Virus record (IMG/VR): IMGVR_UViG_3300036828_000565
Location: 7,383-71,382 of that record
DNA: 64,000 nucleotides
Origin: a virus
Reading direction: 5' to 3' (one strand)
Part shown: positions 38,105 through 47,096 of the stretch, in pieces
Layout: each line of letters starts with the position of its first letter
Position numbering within the stretch: the stretch's first letter is position 1
Notes under the pieces: generated by a model
Told to the model about the DNA's origin: nothing
Database searches by the model: none
Seen by the model: only the letters and a program-made list of their open reading frames with translations
Translations under genes and position numbers: made by a program

Positions 38105-39011
38105 GTATTCTTTCCTTAATAATGTCAGCAAGGACCTGTGAATTAGATCCTTTAAAACGTTTTAAATAAGATGGATGGGGAATGTAAGAAGTTTTGTATA
38201 TATGAGTAGCTCGCTCATCATACCATGCTTTAGCTGCTTGTCCCATTAAGAAAATATGCTCTATGTTGTTAAGCCAAGCAAGCATCGCTCCTAATGAGTG
38301 TATGTGATTTATCGGACTAAAAGCATTTGAGATGGCAATTTCTGATTCTTTTAATCCAGCCTTTATAAGAGCACTATTGAAATAACCACTCGATCCATTT
38401 AGTGCATGAAAAGGCACGTCGATACTAGGATGATTTGGTCTATCACCTATAAATAGATACTTTGCCTGTTTAGATCCTACTAAACCTTTAGGAGATCTAT
38501 TAGGTGGAAATTTATCTATATCTTGAATTAAAGATTCTACATTATTTTTCTCATAGTTAAAAATTCTACACTTGTTACTATAAGTCCAATCGAGATAACT
38601 CTCATACACTTGTTGAAATTTTTCCATAGATTTAAGAAAATCATTTGGATCTTTCATTTTAATAGAATAGTTATCTATAGCTACTTGTCTAAATGGAAGA
38701 CAAATAATTTGAGTGACTTCCTTACTATCACAGAGTCTCGTAAATAAAGTTTGACCATTATGTCCAAGACGATCTATTCCTCTTACTATTGGACCGTAGA
38801 TACGTTCACCTAACCAAAGACGATCATGAACAACATTTTGAGAACCTTCAATAGATTCATTTAGAATCTCAAGATAGTAAGCAATAAGATCTATATTATC
38901 AGGAGGGGGTCCTTCATGTTTGTATTTAAATCCAAACTCTTTTTCTAGTCTTTTAGCTAAGATAGTTTTACCACCTCCATCAGGACCTTCTAAAATTATT
39001 ACTTGTCCCAT
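38088..39011 (-). CDS. P-loop dNMP kinase fused to a uracil-DNA-glycosylase-superfamily domain
   Basis: IILEGPDGGGKT and HDR..LGE.IYG; C-terminal LFIGDRPN..PF..SSG, ISNA, FLMGQAA, HPSY. Confidence 0.8.
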   Translation of the reverse strand: MGQVIILEGPDGGGKTILAKRLEKEFGFKYKHEGPPPDNIDLIAYYLEILNESIEGSQNVVHDRLWLGERIYGPIVRGIDRLGHNGQTLFTRLCDSKEVTQIICLPFRQVAIDNYSIKMKDPNDFLKSMEKFQQVYESYLDWTYSNKCRIFNYEKNNVESLIQDIDKFPPNRSPKGLVGSKQAKYLFIGDRPNHPSIDVPFHALNGSSGYFNSALIKAGLKESEIAISNAFSPINHIHSLGAMLAWLNNIEHIFLMGQAAKAWYDERATHIYKTSYIPHPSYLKRFKGSNSQVLADIIKERIHGSTN

Positions 39012-39352
39012 TATGTTACCTCCGGCATAGTAACAGCAAAAGGAAAATCACAAACTTGGCACTGACAGTGAAAGTGTTCAAAATTAAGGTGAGCACAGAT
39101 AATGGTATGTTTTTCAGTTTTCTTTTCTCCAGAAAATGGATTCATCAATTCTTGTTCAATCTCTGCGGGTTGACTACCTCTACAATATGAAATAGGAAAG
39201 GCACCTCTTTTTTTAAAGACATCATCTGTGTATTTACATTTGGGACATGTCAAAACAGCTATCGGAATTTTTCGTCCGAAAACTTTATATCTAAATTTGG
39301 GAAAGGAAATTACAGGGAGGGTAGGAATAATAGAATCTAATTCAGATGTCAT
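39011..39352 (-). CDS. Zinc-ribbon protein
   Basis: CPKC and HCQCQVC motifs. Confidence 0.65.
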   Translation of the reverse strand: MTSELDSIIPTLPVISFPKFRYKVFGRKIPIAVLTCPKCKYTDDVFKKRGAFPISYCRGSQPAEIEQELMNPFSGEKKTEKHTIICAHLNFEHFHCQCQVCDFPFAVTMPEVT

Positions 39353-39387
39353 GTTTCCTCGTCTTATTTCACGACTTGTTTACTTCG

Positions 39388-39431
39388 AAAAATAGAACAG
39401 GGGAAGTGCAGGCGCATTTGAACTTCCCCTG
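39388..39431 (-). terminator. Rho-independent terminator
   Basis: CAGGGGAAGT/ACTTCCCCTG stem followed on the minus strand by TTCTATTTTT. Confidence 0.75.
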
Positions 39432-39457
39432 GCAACTTAGATATAAGGAGTAAAAAT

Positions 39458-39904
39458 CTAAGCTGCTGTCTCTTCCTTCTTCTCTTCTTTCTTAGCAGGA
39501 GGTTCAGGAAGCTTAGCAGAGACTTCGTTTCCAGTCATTCCCTTAAGATGATAGGCAACAGAAGCCTCGACAGGAGTTCGTGATACTAGATTTTCAGTTG
39601 CTGAGGCAACTTCATCAACAGTAAAATACTTATCAGGACCATGCTGTTTAGCCAGCTTCTGAAGAGCACGGATTACATGTCCACGTTGACCATTATACTT
39701 AGCTGCATCAACTTCACTAAGAATGCGATAAGTGGCATTCTTTGCTGTTACACGTGGCTTTCTTTCTTTGGCAGCTGCACCATCAATTTTGGTTGTTGCA
39801 GCCTTTGGCTGTTCCGCTTCAACCTTATCGCCAACCTTTGTCTTGGTCTGTTCGGTCTTAGGCTGTTCAGTCTTAGCCTGTTCATGCTGTTTTTGATCCG
39901 ACAT
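39458..39904 (-). CDS. Putative winged-helix DNA-binding protein with Lys/Glu-rich tails
   Basis: Core resembles the C-terminal domain of the next ORF. Confidence 0.6.
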   Translation of the reverse strand: MSDQKQHEQAKTEQPKTEQTKTKVGDKVEAEQPKAATTKIDGAAAKERKPRVTAKNATYRILSEVDAAKYNGQRGHVIRALQKLAKQHGPDKYFTVDEVASATENLVSRTPVEASVAYHLKGMTGNEVSAKLPEPPAKKEEKKEETAA

Positions 39905-39912
39905 TTTTTCTC

Positions 39913-40533
39913 CTATGCCACAATCTCAAGTACCCCTTGAGAGGCAAATTTATGGATGAAGTAGGTCACTACTCTACCTACATCAGATTTTGTCTTAAGC
40001 TTGCCAGTTACTAAGTGAGTTATTTGATAAATGCTGGCTTGCCCATTCTCTTTAAAGGCGTTCAATATAACTAATTGACGACCTTTATATTGTAAAAGAT
40101 CAACATTTTCGGCTAGATTATACTCTCTATTAGCCTTATTAAAGAGAGTTGAAACTGGTTTATTGTACTCTTTAGATGAGTGTGAGGCTAAAAATGTTAA
40201 TGCCTCTTTATAGGAACATTCATCTAATTCAGCAATAGCATTTGCAACTAACTGAACAGGAAAATATTTCTTATTCTTTACGAATAATTCAACCCGTTCT
40301 TTAAAACTTTTTCTAAATCTCTCAAAATCGAAACTATTTCCAGTGTTATTTACAGGCCAAAGACAATTTCCACTGGATCTAACAAAATCATATTCACCGA
40401 GAATTAACTCAGTCAAATGAACAGGGTGTAGTAATTGAGCTTGTCTATATTTCATCTCAAAAACTAGCCAAATACCATAACCTGAGAAAGGAGCTTTTTT
40501 CTTGTTGTAAACTGTTACCTCTCTAATCTCCAT
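39913..40533 (-). CDS. Protein with C-terminal putative winged-helix domain
   Basis: ILNAF...ASIYQIT.....V.YF...F.SQGVLEI pattern; first gene after the 40560 promoter. Confidence 0.6.
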   Translation of the reverse strand: MEIREVTVYNKKKAPFSGYGIWLVFEMKYRQAQLLHPVHLTELILGEYDFVRSSGNCLWPVNNTGNSFDFERFRKSFKERVELFVKNKKYFPVQLVANAIAELDECSYKEALTFLASHSSKEYNKPVSTLFNKANREYNLAENVDLLQYKGRQLVILNAFKENGQASIYQITHLVTGKLKTKSDVGRVVTYFIHKFASQGVLEIVA

Positions 40534-40559
40534 TGTTTTACTCTTTTTTACCTAATATA

Positions 40560-40589
40560 ATTGTATAACAAGCTTATGTCCGTTGTAAA
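40560..40589 (-). promoter_or_regulatory. sigma70-type promoter TTTACA-N18-TACAAT
   Basis: Minus strand TTTACAacggacataagcttgttaTACAAT. Confidence 0.7.
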
Positions 40590-40650
40590 CAACTGTTTTC
40601 AAATCTTTAGTAATCGAAGTTATTGAATTTCCGTAACCAAGAAATGGTTA

Positions 40651-40896
40651 CTAAAAATGAAACCATCTTTTATACCATTTTACTTTAAAGTCAGCCTCTA
40701 TGAAATCATCAACTTCTTTCATTACAGAAATTAGTACTCCTATTGGTCTATTTAGCTGAGCTTGATTTCGAAGCTTATCTCTATATCTAGGATGTGATGG
40801 TCTAATTCTCAAACACATTAGAATAGTAGGATGTTCTTCTACTTCACATAATGAATCTACTTCATACATTCTATCTTTAAAAAATTGGAGATCCAT
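40651..40896 (-). CDS. Hypothetical protein
   Basis: AAGGAG RBS; in operon with the helicase. Confidence 0.6.
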   Translation of the reverse strand: MDLQFFKDRMYEVDSLCEVEEHPTILMCLRIRPSHPRYRDKLRNQAQLNRPIGVLISVMKEVDDFIEADFKVKWYKRWFHF

Positions 40897-40905
40897 CTTA
40901 ACTCC

Positions 40906-42384
40906 TTAGAATCTATAAGCAAAATTACCATCAGGAAGTAAGAAAAACACTCTCTCCTTAGCTCTTGATACCGCGACATACCAGCACCTATGTTCATCAT
41001 CAGGATTCTTAATCATTCCTTCCCATACAGCTCGACTCATTTCAGGATCTATCAAAACAGTGTGTGCTTCTCTCCCTTTAGATTGATGAATAGACATTAA
41101 TTCTACCTTAGGAAGAGCACATCTTAGAAGACCTCTTTTTCTGACGTATGATACCATATTATCTTTTTCTGCTATATCTAAAAGTTGAAACCATTGTTGA
41201 ATATTAGGACGCTCTAAGAAAACCTCTTTAATACTTACTGTTTCTTGTTCTTTAATTTTTTGATGAACTGTAGGTTCGATATAGTCAAGATCACATACTC
41301 GTATAAGTTTCTTAACATCTTCTGATTTTGCCTCACCATGTTCAAAGAGTTGATACCATGCACCAAGAGTAATTCTAGAATCTAAATTATTAAATGGACT
41401 CCCTCTACCGATATATGGAATAGATTCATTTCGTAAGAGTTGTGAGATTTGTGACCCACGATAATGGTTTCGAAACAAAATAAAAGATTTATGATTTAGG
41501 TCTATAGATCCTAAGTATCCTGCATTAGCTACTAATCCTTCAGATTCTGTTGGAGCATATTCTTTTGGTAAACGTTTTCTTATTCTGTGTACAATTTCCA
41601 TTGCGGCATGATGAACTGCCTTTGATACTCGGAAAGATTGATTCAAAATCTCCGTCTTATCTACCACTAGGTCTTGGAAAGCGTTGCTATCAGCTCCAGC
41701 CCAGTGGAAGATCGCTTGATCGTCATCTCCTGCCACATACCATCTTTTAGCATTTGATCCAAGTCGTTCCACAGCATCCCATTGTAAAGCAGAGAGATCT
41801 TGAGCTTCATCAACAAAGATGACGTCAATGTCAAGGGGTTTGCCGTGCTCGATATATCGAGTGAGGAGATCGGTATAGTCAAACATTCCATTTGCTTCTT
41901 TCCAGGTTCTATAGGCATTTGTAAACCACCTAGCGTACTTGAAATCTATCTCTGTTGTAACATCTTGTAACGTATCTTTAAGATGGAGTTTTCTATGTCT
42001 TCCACAATGATTAGCTTGAAGAAGAATATCATCTCGAGTAGGAGCATCTATTCCTCTTTCAAATTCCTCAACCCATGGATCAAAATCATTTCCAGTAAGT
42101 TTAGCTCCTAATTGATTTCCAAAACTTCGAATATCTTCTGGTTTAACAATTTGATCTCTTCCTATTGCAAGTTGTCTATAACAAATAGCGTGTATAGTTC
42201 GTAAGTAAGGAAAGTTCTTCTCATCCTCACCAGTTCTTTGAAGTGCTTCAACTCTCGCCGCTCGCGTGAAGGTTAGGAAAGAGATTCTTTCTGGTTTTAT
42301 TCCATCTGCTATTTCTTTTTGTAGATAATTTAATAATGTCGTAGTTTTTGCGCAACCAGGGGGCCCCAGAATTTTTAGTCTCAT
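40906..42384 (-). CDS. UvrD/Rep-like superfamily 1 helicase
   Basis: GPPGCAKTT, LTFTR.A, TIHA, VDEAQD, GDDDQAIF, QSFR, SIHQSKGRE, YVAVSRAK. Confidence 0.92.
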   Translation of the reverse strand: MRLKILGPPGCAKTTTLLNYLQKEIADGIKPERISFLTFTRAARVEALQRTGEDEKNFPYLRTIHAICYRQLAIGRDQIVKPEDIRSFGNQLGAKLTGNDFDPWVEEFERGIDAPTRDDILLQANHCGRHRKLHLKDTLQDVTTEIDFKYARWFTNAYRTWKEANGMFDYTDLLTRYIEHGKPLDIDVIFVDEAQDLSALQWDAVERLGSNAKRWYVAGDDDQAIFHWAGADSNAFQDLVVDKTEILNQSFRVSKAVHHAAMEIVHRIRKRLPKEYAPTESEGLVANAGYLGSIDLNHKSFILFRNHYRGSQISQLLRNESIPYIGRGSPFNNLDSRITLGAWYQLFEHGEAKSEDVKKLIRVCDLDYIEPTVHQKIKEQETVSIKEVFLERPNIQQWFQLLDIAEKDNMVSYVRKRGLLRCALPKVELMSIHQSKGREAHTVLIDPEMSRAVWEGMIKNPDDEHRCWYVAVSRAKERVFFLLPDGNFAYRF

Positions 42385-42818
42385 AAAATTGCCTTTCCAT
42401 TTTTATACATTATAGCGGGTCGTAGTCTACTTTTTCTTAATCCTTCAGCTACATTTTCTCTATATTGAGGATCTTGCCATCGTGTTGCTATTCCTTCAGA
42501 AATTCTTTCTTTTGTTTCTTTACTTGGTGATATTCCAATATTCCAACCAGCAATAGGAAGTTTTTCTTTATCAGCACAATCCATCATATTGTCTGAATTA
42601 GTTCCTACGAAAATGTGTTCTTCATTAATACATTTTGGATTATCACAGTGATGACAGTACATTTTTCCTTCATCAAGATAGCCTAGTGATCTCTCTACTT
42701 TTCTTCGAGCTTGTGTTTTACTTCTTACTAAAATACACTCAGAATTCAAAGAGATCTGCCTGAGCCTGCGTATCTCGTTTAATCTCTCTAGTTTTTCTAG
42801 GCTCGGTTTCATCTTCAT
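42381..42818 (-). CDS. HNH homing-endonuclease-like protein with NUMOD3-like tail
   Basis: CHHCDNPKCINEEHIFVGTNSDNMMD; WNIG..PSKETKERIS. Confidence 0.8.
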   Translation of the reverse strand: MKMKPSLEKLERLNEIRRLRQISLNSECILVRSKTQARRKVERSLGYLDEGKMYCHHCDNPKCINEEHIFVGTNSDNMMDCADKEKLPIAGWNIGISPSKETKERISEGIATRWQDPQYRENVAEGLRKSRLRPAIMYKNGKAIL

Positions 42819-43227
42819 CCTTCTTTCTTATTGCCATTATCCAACTTTTACCAGGACAGGGAACATAATAAATATTATCATAGTACATAGGAGGATTGTC
42901 ATGTAAACTACGAGAAAACCTAGTGACATCTTCTTCTTTATATACTTCCATCCTACCGTGACTCATCATACAAAGAGCCATAGCAGCCCAATGATCGTGA
43001 TGCCTCATTGAGATTAAAGGAGCGAAAGTTCCTGCTTTACAAGCTATCAGGAATCCTAATTTTTTTAACTCAGAGTTATCTATTTTAGCAATTAAACCTG
43101 CCTCAAAAGCTTTAGTTATATCACCAACTATTGTTAGGATCTGTTCATCTCTTTGATACTCAACCCATTCTTCTAGGTCAAGATTCTTAGCAATGAATGA
43201 ATCATCATGAGGATCATAACTTTCCAT
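42739..43227 (-). CDS. Hypothetical protein
   Basis: AGGAG RBS; overlaps both neighbours. Confidence 0.6.
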   Translation of the reverse strand: MESYDPHDDSFIAKNLDLEEWVEYQRDEQILTIVGDITKAFEAGLIAKIDNSELKKLGFLIACKAGTFAPLISMRHHDHWAAMALCMMSHGRMEVYKEEDVTRFSRSLHDNPPMYYDNIYYVPCPGKSWIMAIRKKDEDETEPRKTREIKRDTQAQADLFEF

Positions 43228-43702
43228 GTTTTAACTCCTCTATTTTTCTATTGAGATACCATGATGCTTTCTCCAGATTTTCTAGAGGATTTCCTTTCTT
43301 ATCCCACCTTGAGATATACTTAATTGTGTTTCCTAAATGAAAATCTAGTTTCCATGCTTCAATTACTTTAATAGCTTCATATGTTGTATCACCACCGTAG
43401 TGAGCTGGGTGATTTACTGATTTAGATTCTATTGGAAACACTGGATTAGATCTTTGGACTACATTAAATTTATCTCTATAACCATAGACAAATTTAGACC
43501 CAGAAGGTAGCCATTGTTTGACTATTGCTGTTACGGTTTCTTTATATTCAGGACCTGGAGTTATTACTTCAATTGTGTAATCAAAGGTTACGCTCCATTC
43601 CCAACTATATGTTTCTCCTAGTATTTCTTTTAGTCTAGGAAATACTTCTAGCATAAAAGATTTCCTGAGTTCAGGAAGTCTAGCATCTTCTACGTTTATC
43701 AA
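43214..43702 (-). CDS. DUF3310 (T7 gp1.7/SaV-like) domain protein, candidate nucleotide kinase
   Basis: VNHPAHY, EAIKVIE, FHLGNTIKYISR..KKGN..E.LEKA.WYL. Confidence 0.8.
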   Translation of the reverse strand: MINVEDARLPELRKSFMLEVFPRLKEILGETYSWEWSVTFDYTIEVITPGPEYKETVTAIVKQWLPSGSKFVYGYRDKFNVVQRSNPVFPIESKSVNHPAHYGGDTTYEAIKVIEAWKLDFHLGNTIKYISRWDKKGNPLENLEKASWYLNRKIEELKHGKL

Positions 43703-44427
43703 TGTGGTCTCCTCATATTGTCAATTTGTCTTTCCCCTGGAATGATGTCATCAAAGAGCAGTGGTACGTTTTGCTGAAATTCTCTAAGTAATGAATCACA
43801 GATTTGACGAATTTGAGGATGAGCTTCTTTGGTTGTCCTCATAAGTAGCAGGTGTCTCCAACTACGAAGATTGGCAGTCGTTAGAATCTTGGCAGCTAGA
43901 GCATTAGGGAGAACTGAACGAGCTTCTTGAGGTCTCATGCCATTCTGTAAAGCTTTCTTATAATAAAACTCAGCATCATGAATAGCATTCATCCAACCGT
44001 CGTCATTGTGGCAGTCTTCTTGATTTTCTCCATGCCACCATAAACCATCGCTGTCTCGCCAAGCCTCGTCACCATCTAAACACCTAAAACAGGTTCGATC
44101 AGGAACCGGGTAAATGAAACTCGGTGGCATCTTCTTCTCATAGTTTACGAATCTAGTAGACTCTTGCGTAAAAGACATAAGACGATGACGAACCCACTCA
44201 TGAGTGATGCCCCTGTCCATAACTGCCATGACTGATATTGAACAATGCTCAACAACAGACCAATCACCGTGATCCACAACCACATTCTGAATAAACCTAT
44301 TCCATGTGTTTTCATTCATGTTCTCTTCTGAGCGATGTGAAATTCGGGCCCCAAACTCAATCATCTTTAAACCTTCACTTAATAACTCAGGTTTAAGAAT
44401 GTGCGCGAATGGCTTGATTATCTTCAC
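43699..44427 (-). CDS. thyX: Flavin-dependent thymidylate synthase
   Basis: RHRLMSFTQES (RHRx7S), SVVEH, QEARSVLPNA, NLRSWRH, AHPQIR. Confidence 0.93.
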   Translation of the reverse strand: MKIIKPFAHILKPELLSEGLKMIEFGARISHRSEENMNENTWNRFIQNVVVDHGDWSVVEHCSISVMAVMDRGITHEWVRHRLMSFTQESTRFVNYEKKMPPSFIYPVPDRTCFRCLDGDEAWRDSDGLWWHGENQEDCHNDDGWMNAIHDAEFYYKKALQNGMRPQEARSVLPNALAAKILTTANLRSWRHLLLMRTTKEAHPQIRQICDSLLREFQQNVPLLFDDIIPGERQIDNMRRPH

Positions 44428-44439
44428 TTTATCCCCTTG

Positions 44440-44533
44440 AAAAGATGCAAATAATTGGGTGTATATTATTATTGTAAAAGGTTGCCCAATGAACCCTAGA
44501 TATCTCCAGGATCACCCGGAGTGTACTCTAGGT
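44440..44533 (+). repeat. Dispersed intergenic element copy C, directly upstream of thyX
   Basis: AAAAGATGCAAA..TGCA-N33-TGCC; CCTAGATATCTCCAGGAT (44495-44512) identical to 23031-23048. Confidence 0.8.
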
Positions 44534-44549
44534 GTATATATTTATAACA

Positions 44550-44732
44550 TTAGGATTTAATATTGAGCGCATTTTTCAACTTGTTTAATAGTTCAGGATC
44601 TAATTTTCTTTCATCGAGAATAACACCTCTTGGTTTAAATCCTTCTGCTGTTATAGCTTCGTTTAAATGTGTCCATTCTTCAATGGTAAATTTAAAACGA
44701 ATTATCTGCCAATCAATTCCTCTAACCATCAT
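44550..44732 (-). CDS. Hypothetical protein
   Basis: ATGA overlap with the primase stop. Confidence 0.55.
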   Translation of the reverse strand: MMVRGIDWQIIRFKFTIEEWTHLNEAITAEGFKPRGVILDERKLDPELLNKLKNALNIKS

Positions 44733-46219
44733 AGATCTGTTCCTTCTGGTTCAAATATCGCGTCATCATAATTTTCTGTTTGACGATTAACAGATGATGC
44801 TGCTATTGTCCATGCTCTTATTACTTTTCCTTTTATCTTAATCGTTTCTGATATACATTTTCTTTCATGAAGTATAGCAAATAGATCTTGATTTTGAATC
44901 ATTATCTTCTGAGACAATAGGTATCTTTGAAGATAGGATACTTGAAATAGTATCTTATCTTTTTCAAATATCGGCATACCTCTTAATAGATCCTCTCTAC
45001 TTTTAGAGCGTTCACTTAAGGCTAAGAAATCATCAATCTTTTCATTAACAGATCCATAATTTGAAGCATCTTCAGGAGCCTCAATATCTGTTTTAGTAGT
45101 TAATAGATTCTTTAATTTTTGTTCCCATTGAGCTTGTTTTATTGGTCGTAATATAAGATCTTGAATTTCAAAGATACGTTTACGAAATTTTTCAAAGTTA
45201 CGAAACTCATCTGAACTTAAATGAATATCTCTTGAGTTTACTTCAACTGTATATGTTGGAGGATCTGTAAGAATCTTTCTTAAGTTTTGTACGTTTAACT
45301 CATCAAAATTGTTTTCGTCTTCCCATGGCTTGTTACCGACTCCGAATGGGAGAGTGAGGCAAGTCTTCCTATCACAGTGAGAGCAAAGTGGCTCCTCATC
45401 ACACTTATATTGATACTGTCGCAGTCCGAGACTTTTAATGAGCGCTTCCAATTCATTAGAAGGCAAAGGAGGCGAAACATAATTTTTATTATAGTTACGT
45501 AGTTTATCTTGCCAACCATTTGGACTTGATTTTCTGTAAAAGACTCCGTATGAAAAAAGTCCGACATTACGAGATCCGGTTCCGAGTCCTTCATGATTTA
45601 ATTCCTTTAAACATGGTGGCATCTCTCCTATCTGAACTAAATCTAAACCAATTGTTTCATCTATTTTTTCATTTCCGGTATAGTAGCAAACCGAGTTAAG
45701 AAATTCATCGATATCGTAGGAGCCGTTATTTCCAACCGCATATCTGACTGTGTTTGAAGCGTTGAAATAAGGAAGGTTGATCCAGTTTCCAATATTATCT
45801 GTAGTACTTTTTGCTTGCTTGGGAAATATTTCTGTTTTAGACGGATAGCCGAGGAGAGAAGCCCACTTCCTGAGTAAGTATTGTACGGTAGTAGAATTAA
45901 TTGGTTTGTTGAAGAAAACGTAGAGATGAGCTCCACCACTTTTACTTCTACAGACGGATAGAGGGAGACTTCGTTTAGATACACGCGCATATAACTCCTT
46001 ATGATCAATTGTGTCTATATCTAAATCTATAGCCCCGAAGTAACACATCCCATTTTCATCAACAGGAACTATTCCAAGTCCTAGGTCCCCGACTAAGTGC
46101 CGCCGATAGTCTTCTTCCGTAGCGGGAGACAAAAGCGTGGCCATCTTACCTGTAGATTTTTCCCAGGTACCATGAGCAAGTCCGGATCCCCTAAATAAGC
46201 CAGCGAACTTATCTAACAA
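44729..46219 (-). CDS. AEP-superfamily primase/primase-polymerase with PriCT-like domain
   Basis: FGAIDLD, RSKSGGAHLYVF, EIFPKQ, GNWINLPY, PPCL, G.RN..LF, PPL...E, C..EPLCSHC...C; TTG start. Confidence 0.85.
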   Translation of the reverse strand: MLDKFAGLFRGSGLAHGTWEKSTGKMATLLSPATEEDYRRHLVGDLGLGIVPVDENGMCYFGAIDLDIDTIDHKELYARVSKRSLPLSVCRSKSGGAHLYVFFNKPINSTTVQYLLRKWASLLGYPSKTEIFPKQAKSTTDNIGNWINLPYFNASNTVRYAVGNNGSYDIDEFLNSVCYYTGNEKIDETIGLDLVQIGEMPPCLKELNHEGLGTGSRNVGLFSYGVFYRKSSPNGWQDKLRNYNKNYVSPPLPSNELEALIKSLGLRQYQYKCDEEPLCSHCDRKTCLTLPFGVGNKPWEDENNFDELNVQNLRKILTDPPTYTVEVNSRDIHLSSDEFRNFEKFRKRIFEIQDLILRPIKQAQWEQKLKNLLTTKTDIEAPEDASNYGSVNEKIDDFLALSERSKSREDLLRGMPIFEKDKILFQVSYLQRYLLSQKIMIQNQDLFAILHERKCISETIKIKGKVIRAWTIAASSVNRQTENYDDAIFEPEGTDL

Positions 46220-46236
46220 TGAACCCTTCTATAGTC

Positions 46237-46269
46237 TATACAGGAAGCCAATTTCTTAGCTTCCTATAT
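46237..46269 (-). other. Stable GAAA-tetraloop hairpin between the SSB and primase genes
   Basis: Minus strand TATAGGAAGCTAA-GAAA-TTGGCTTCCTGTA, 13-bp stem with G-U pairs. Confidence 0.65.
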
Positions 46270-46271
46270 GA

Positions 46272-47096
46272 TTAAAATGCTTGATGTTGTCCTTCTATAT
46301 CATTAGCTCCATGACCAAATTCTACTTCAGCTTCTTCACCAGTCGTATCAATTTTGATATTACTAGCTTTGAGTTTCTTAAACAAATGATCCATTTGATC
46401 AAAGAGTTCTCGATTTACGTATTTATCAGGCGTGATCTTTTTTTCAAACCATTGATTCTTATCTTTTTTCATTTCAACTACAGTTACTCTATAATACTTT
46501 GAAAACATTGGCATGTTAGTGAGACGAACAGCAGCTAAAAGTTGTTTTGATAATTTTAGTCCGGTAGATTTATAACTTACAGCAATTGGAGAAGGTATCT
46601 CAACATCAGGCATGAATGCCATAAAATTATGATATAGAGTACATAGTGGTGGATCATTTGCTGATTCAGATTCTTTAAGTGCCCCGTTACCCCAACTGCT
46701 AAATTGGCATGAAGCACAACTTGCTGGAGAAAGTCGTCCTCCATCAATCGCATTCACGGATATACAGTCTATACCCCCACCCTCATCTATATCTATGTAT
46801 TTGATTCTATTCTTAAAAAAGAATAAAGCAATGACAACTAAATCAATTCCATAAATTTCTTGAGTTACTGTATTAAAGAGTTGTCCTTCTTCTAAACCTG
46901 GAATATAAGCTGAATCACTTTTACGACGCTGAGGTGAAAGCGACTGACATAGACCAAGTCTAGGAAGTAGAATATCTGAGCTATCTACATCTTCCATACC
47001 TGCTTGATTACCAATTGTGCCCCTTAGAAACTCAGGGACCTCTTGATAGAGAGATGAATGTTTTTGTTTAGCTAATTCATTATCATTCGTCGTCAT
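46272..47096 (-). CDS. Probable single-stranded DNA-binding protein
   Basis: G.ED...DI.LPRL...Q.LSP, F.KSTGLK.SK-like motif, acidic tail ending in F; replication cluster. Confidence 0.6.
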   Translation of the reverse strand: MTTNDNELAKQKHSSLYQEVPEFLRGTIGNQAGMEDVDSSDILLPRLGLCQSLSPQRRKSDSAYIPGLEEGQLFNTVTQEIYGIDLVVIALFFFKNRIKYIDIDEGGGIDCISVNAIDGGRLSPASCASCQFSSWGNGALKESESANDPPLCTLYHNFMAFMPDVEIPSPIAVSYKSTGLKLSKQLLAAVRLTNMPMFSKYYRVTVVEMKKDKNQWFEKKITPDKYVNRELFDQMDHLFKKLKASNIKIDTTGEEAEVEFGHGANDIEGQHQAF

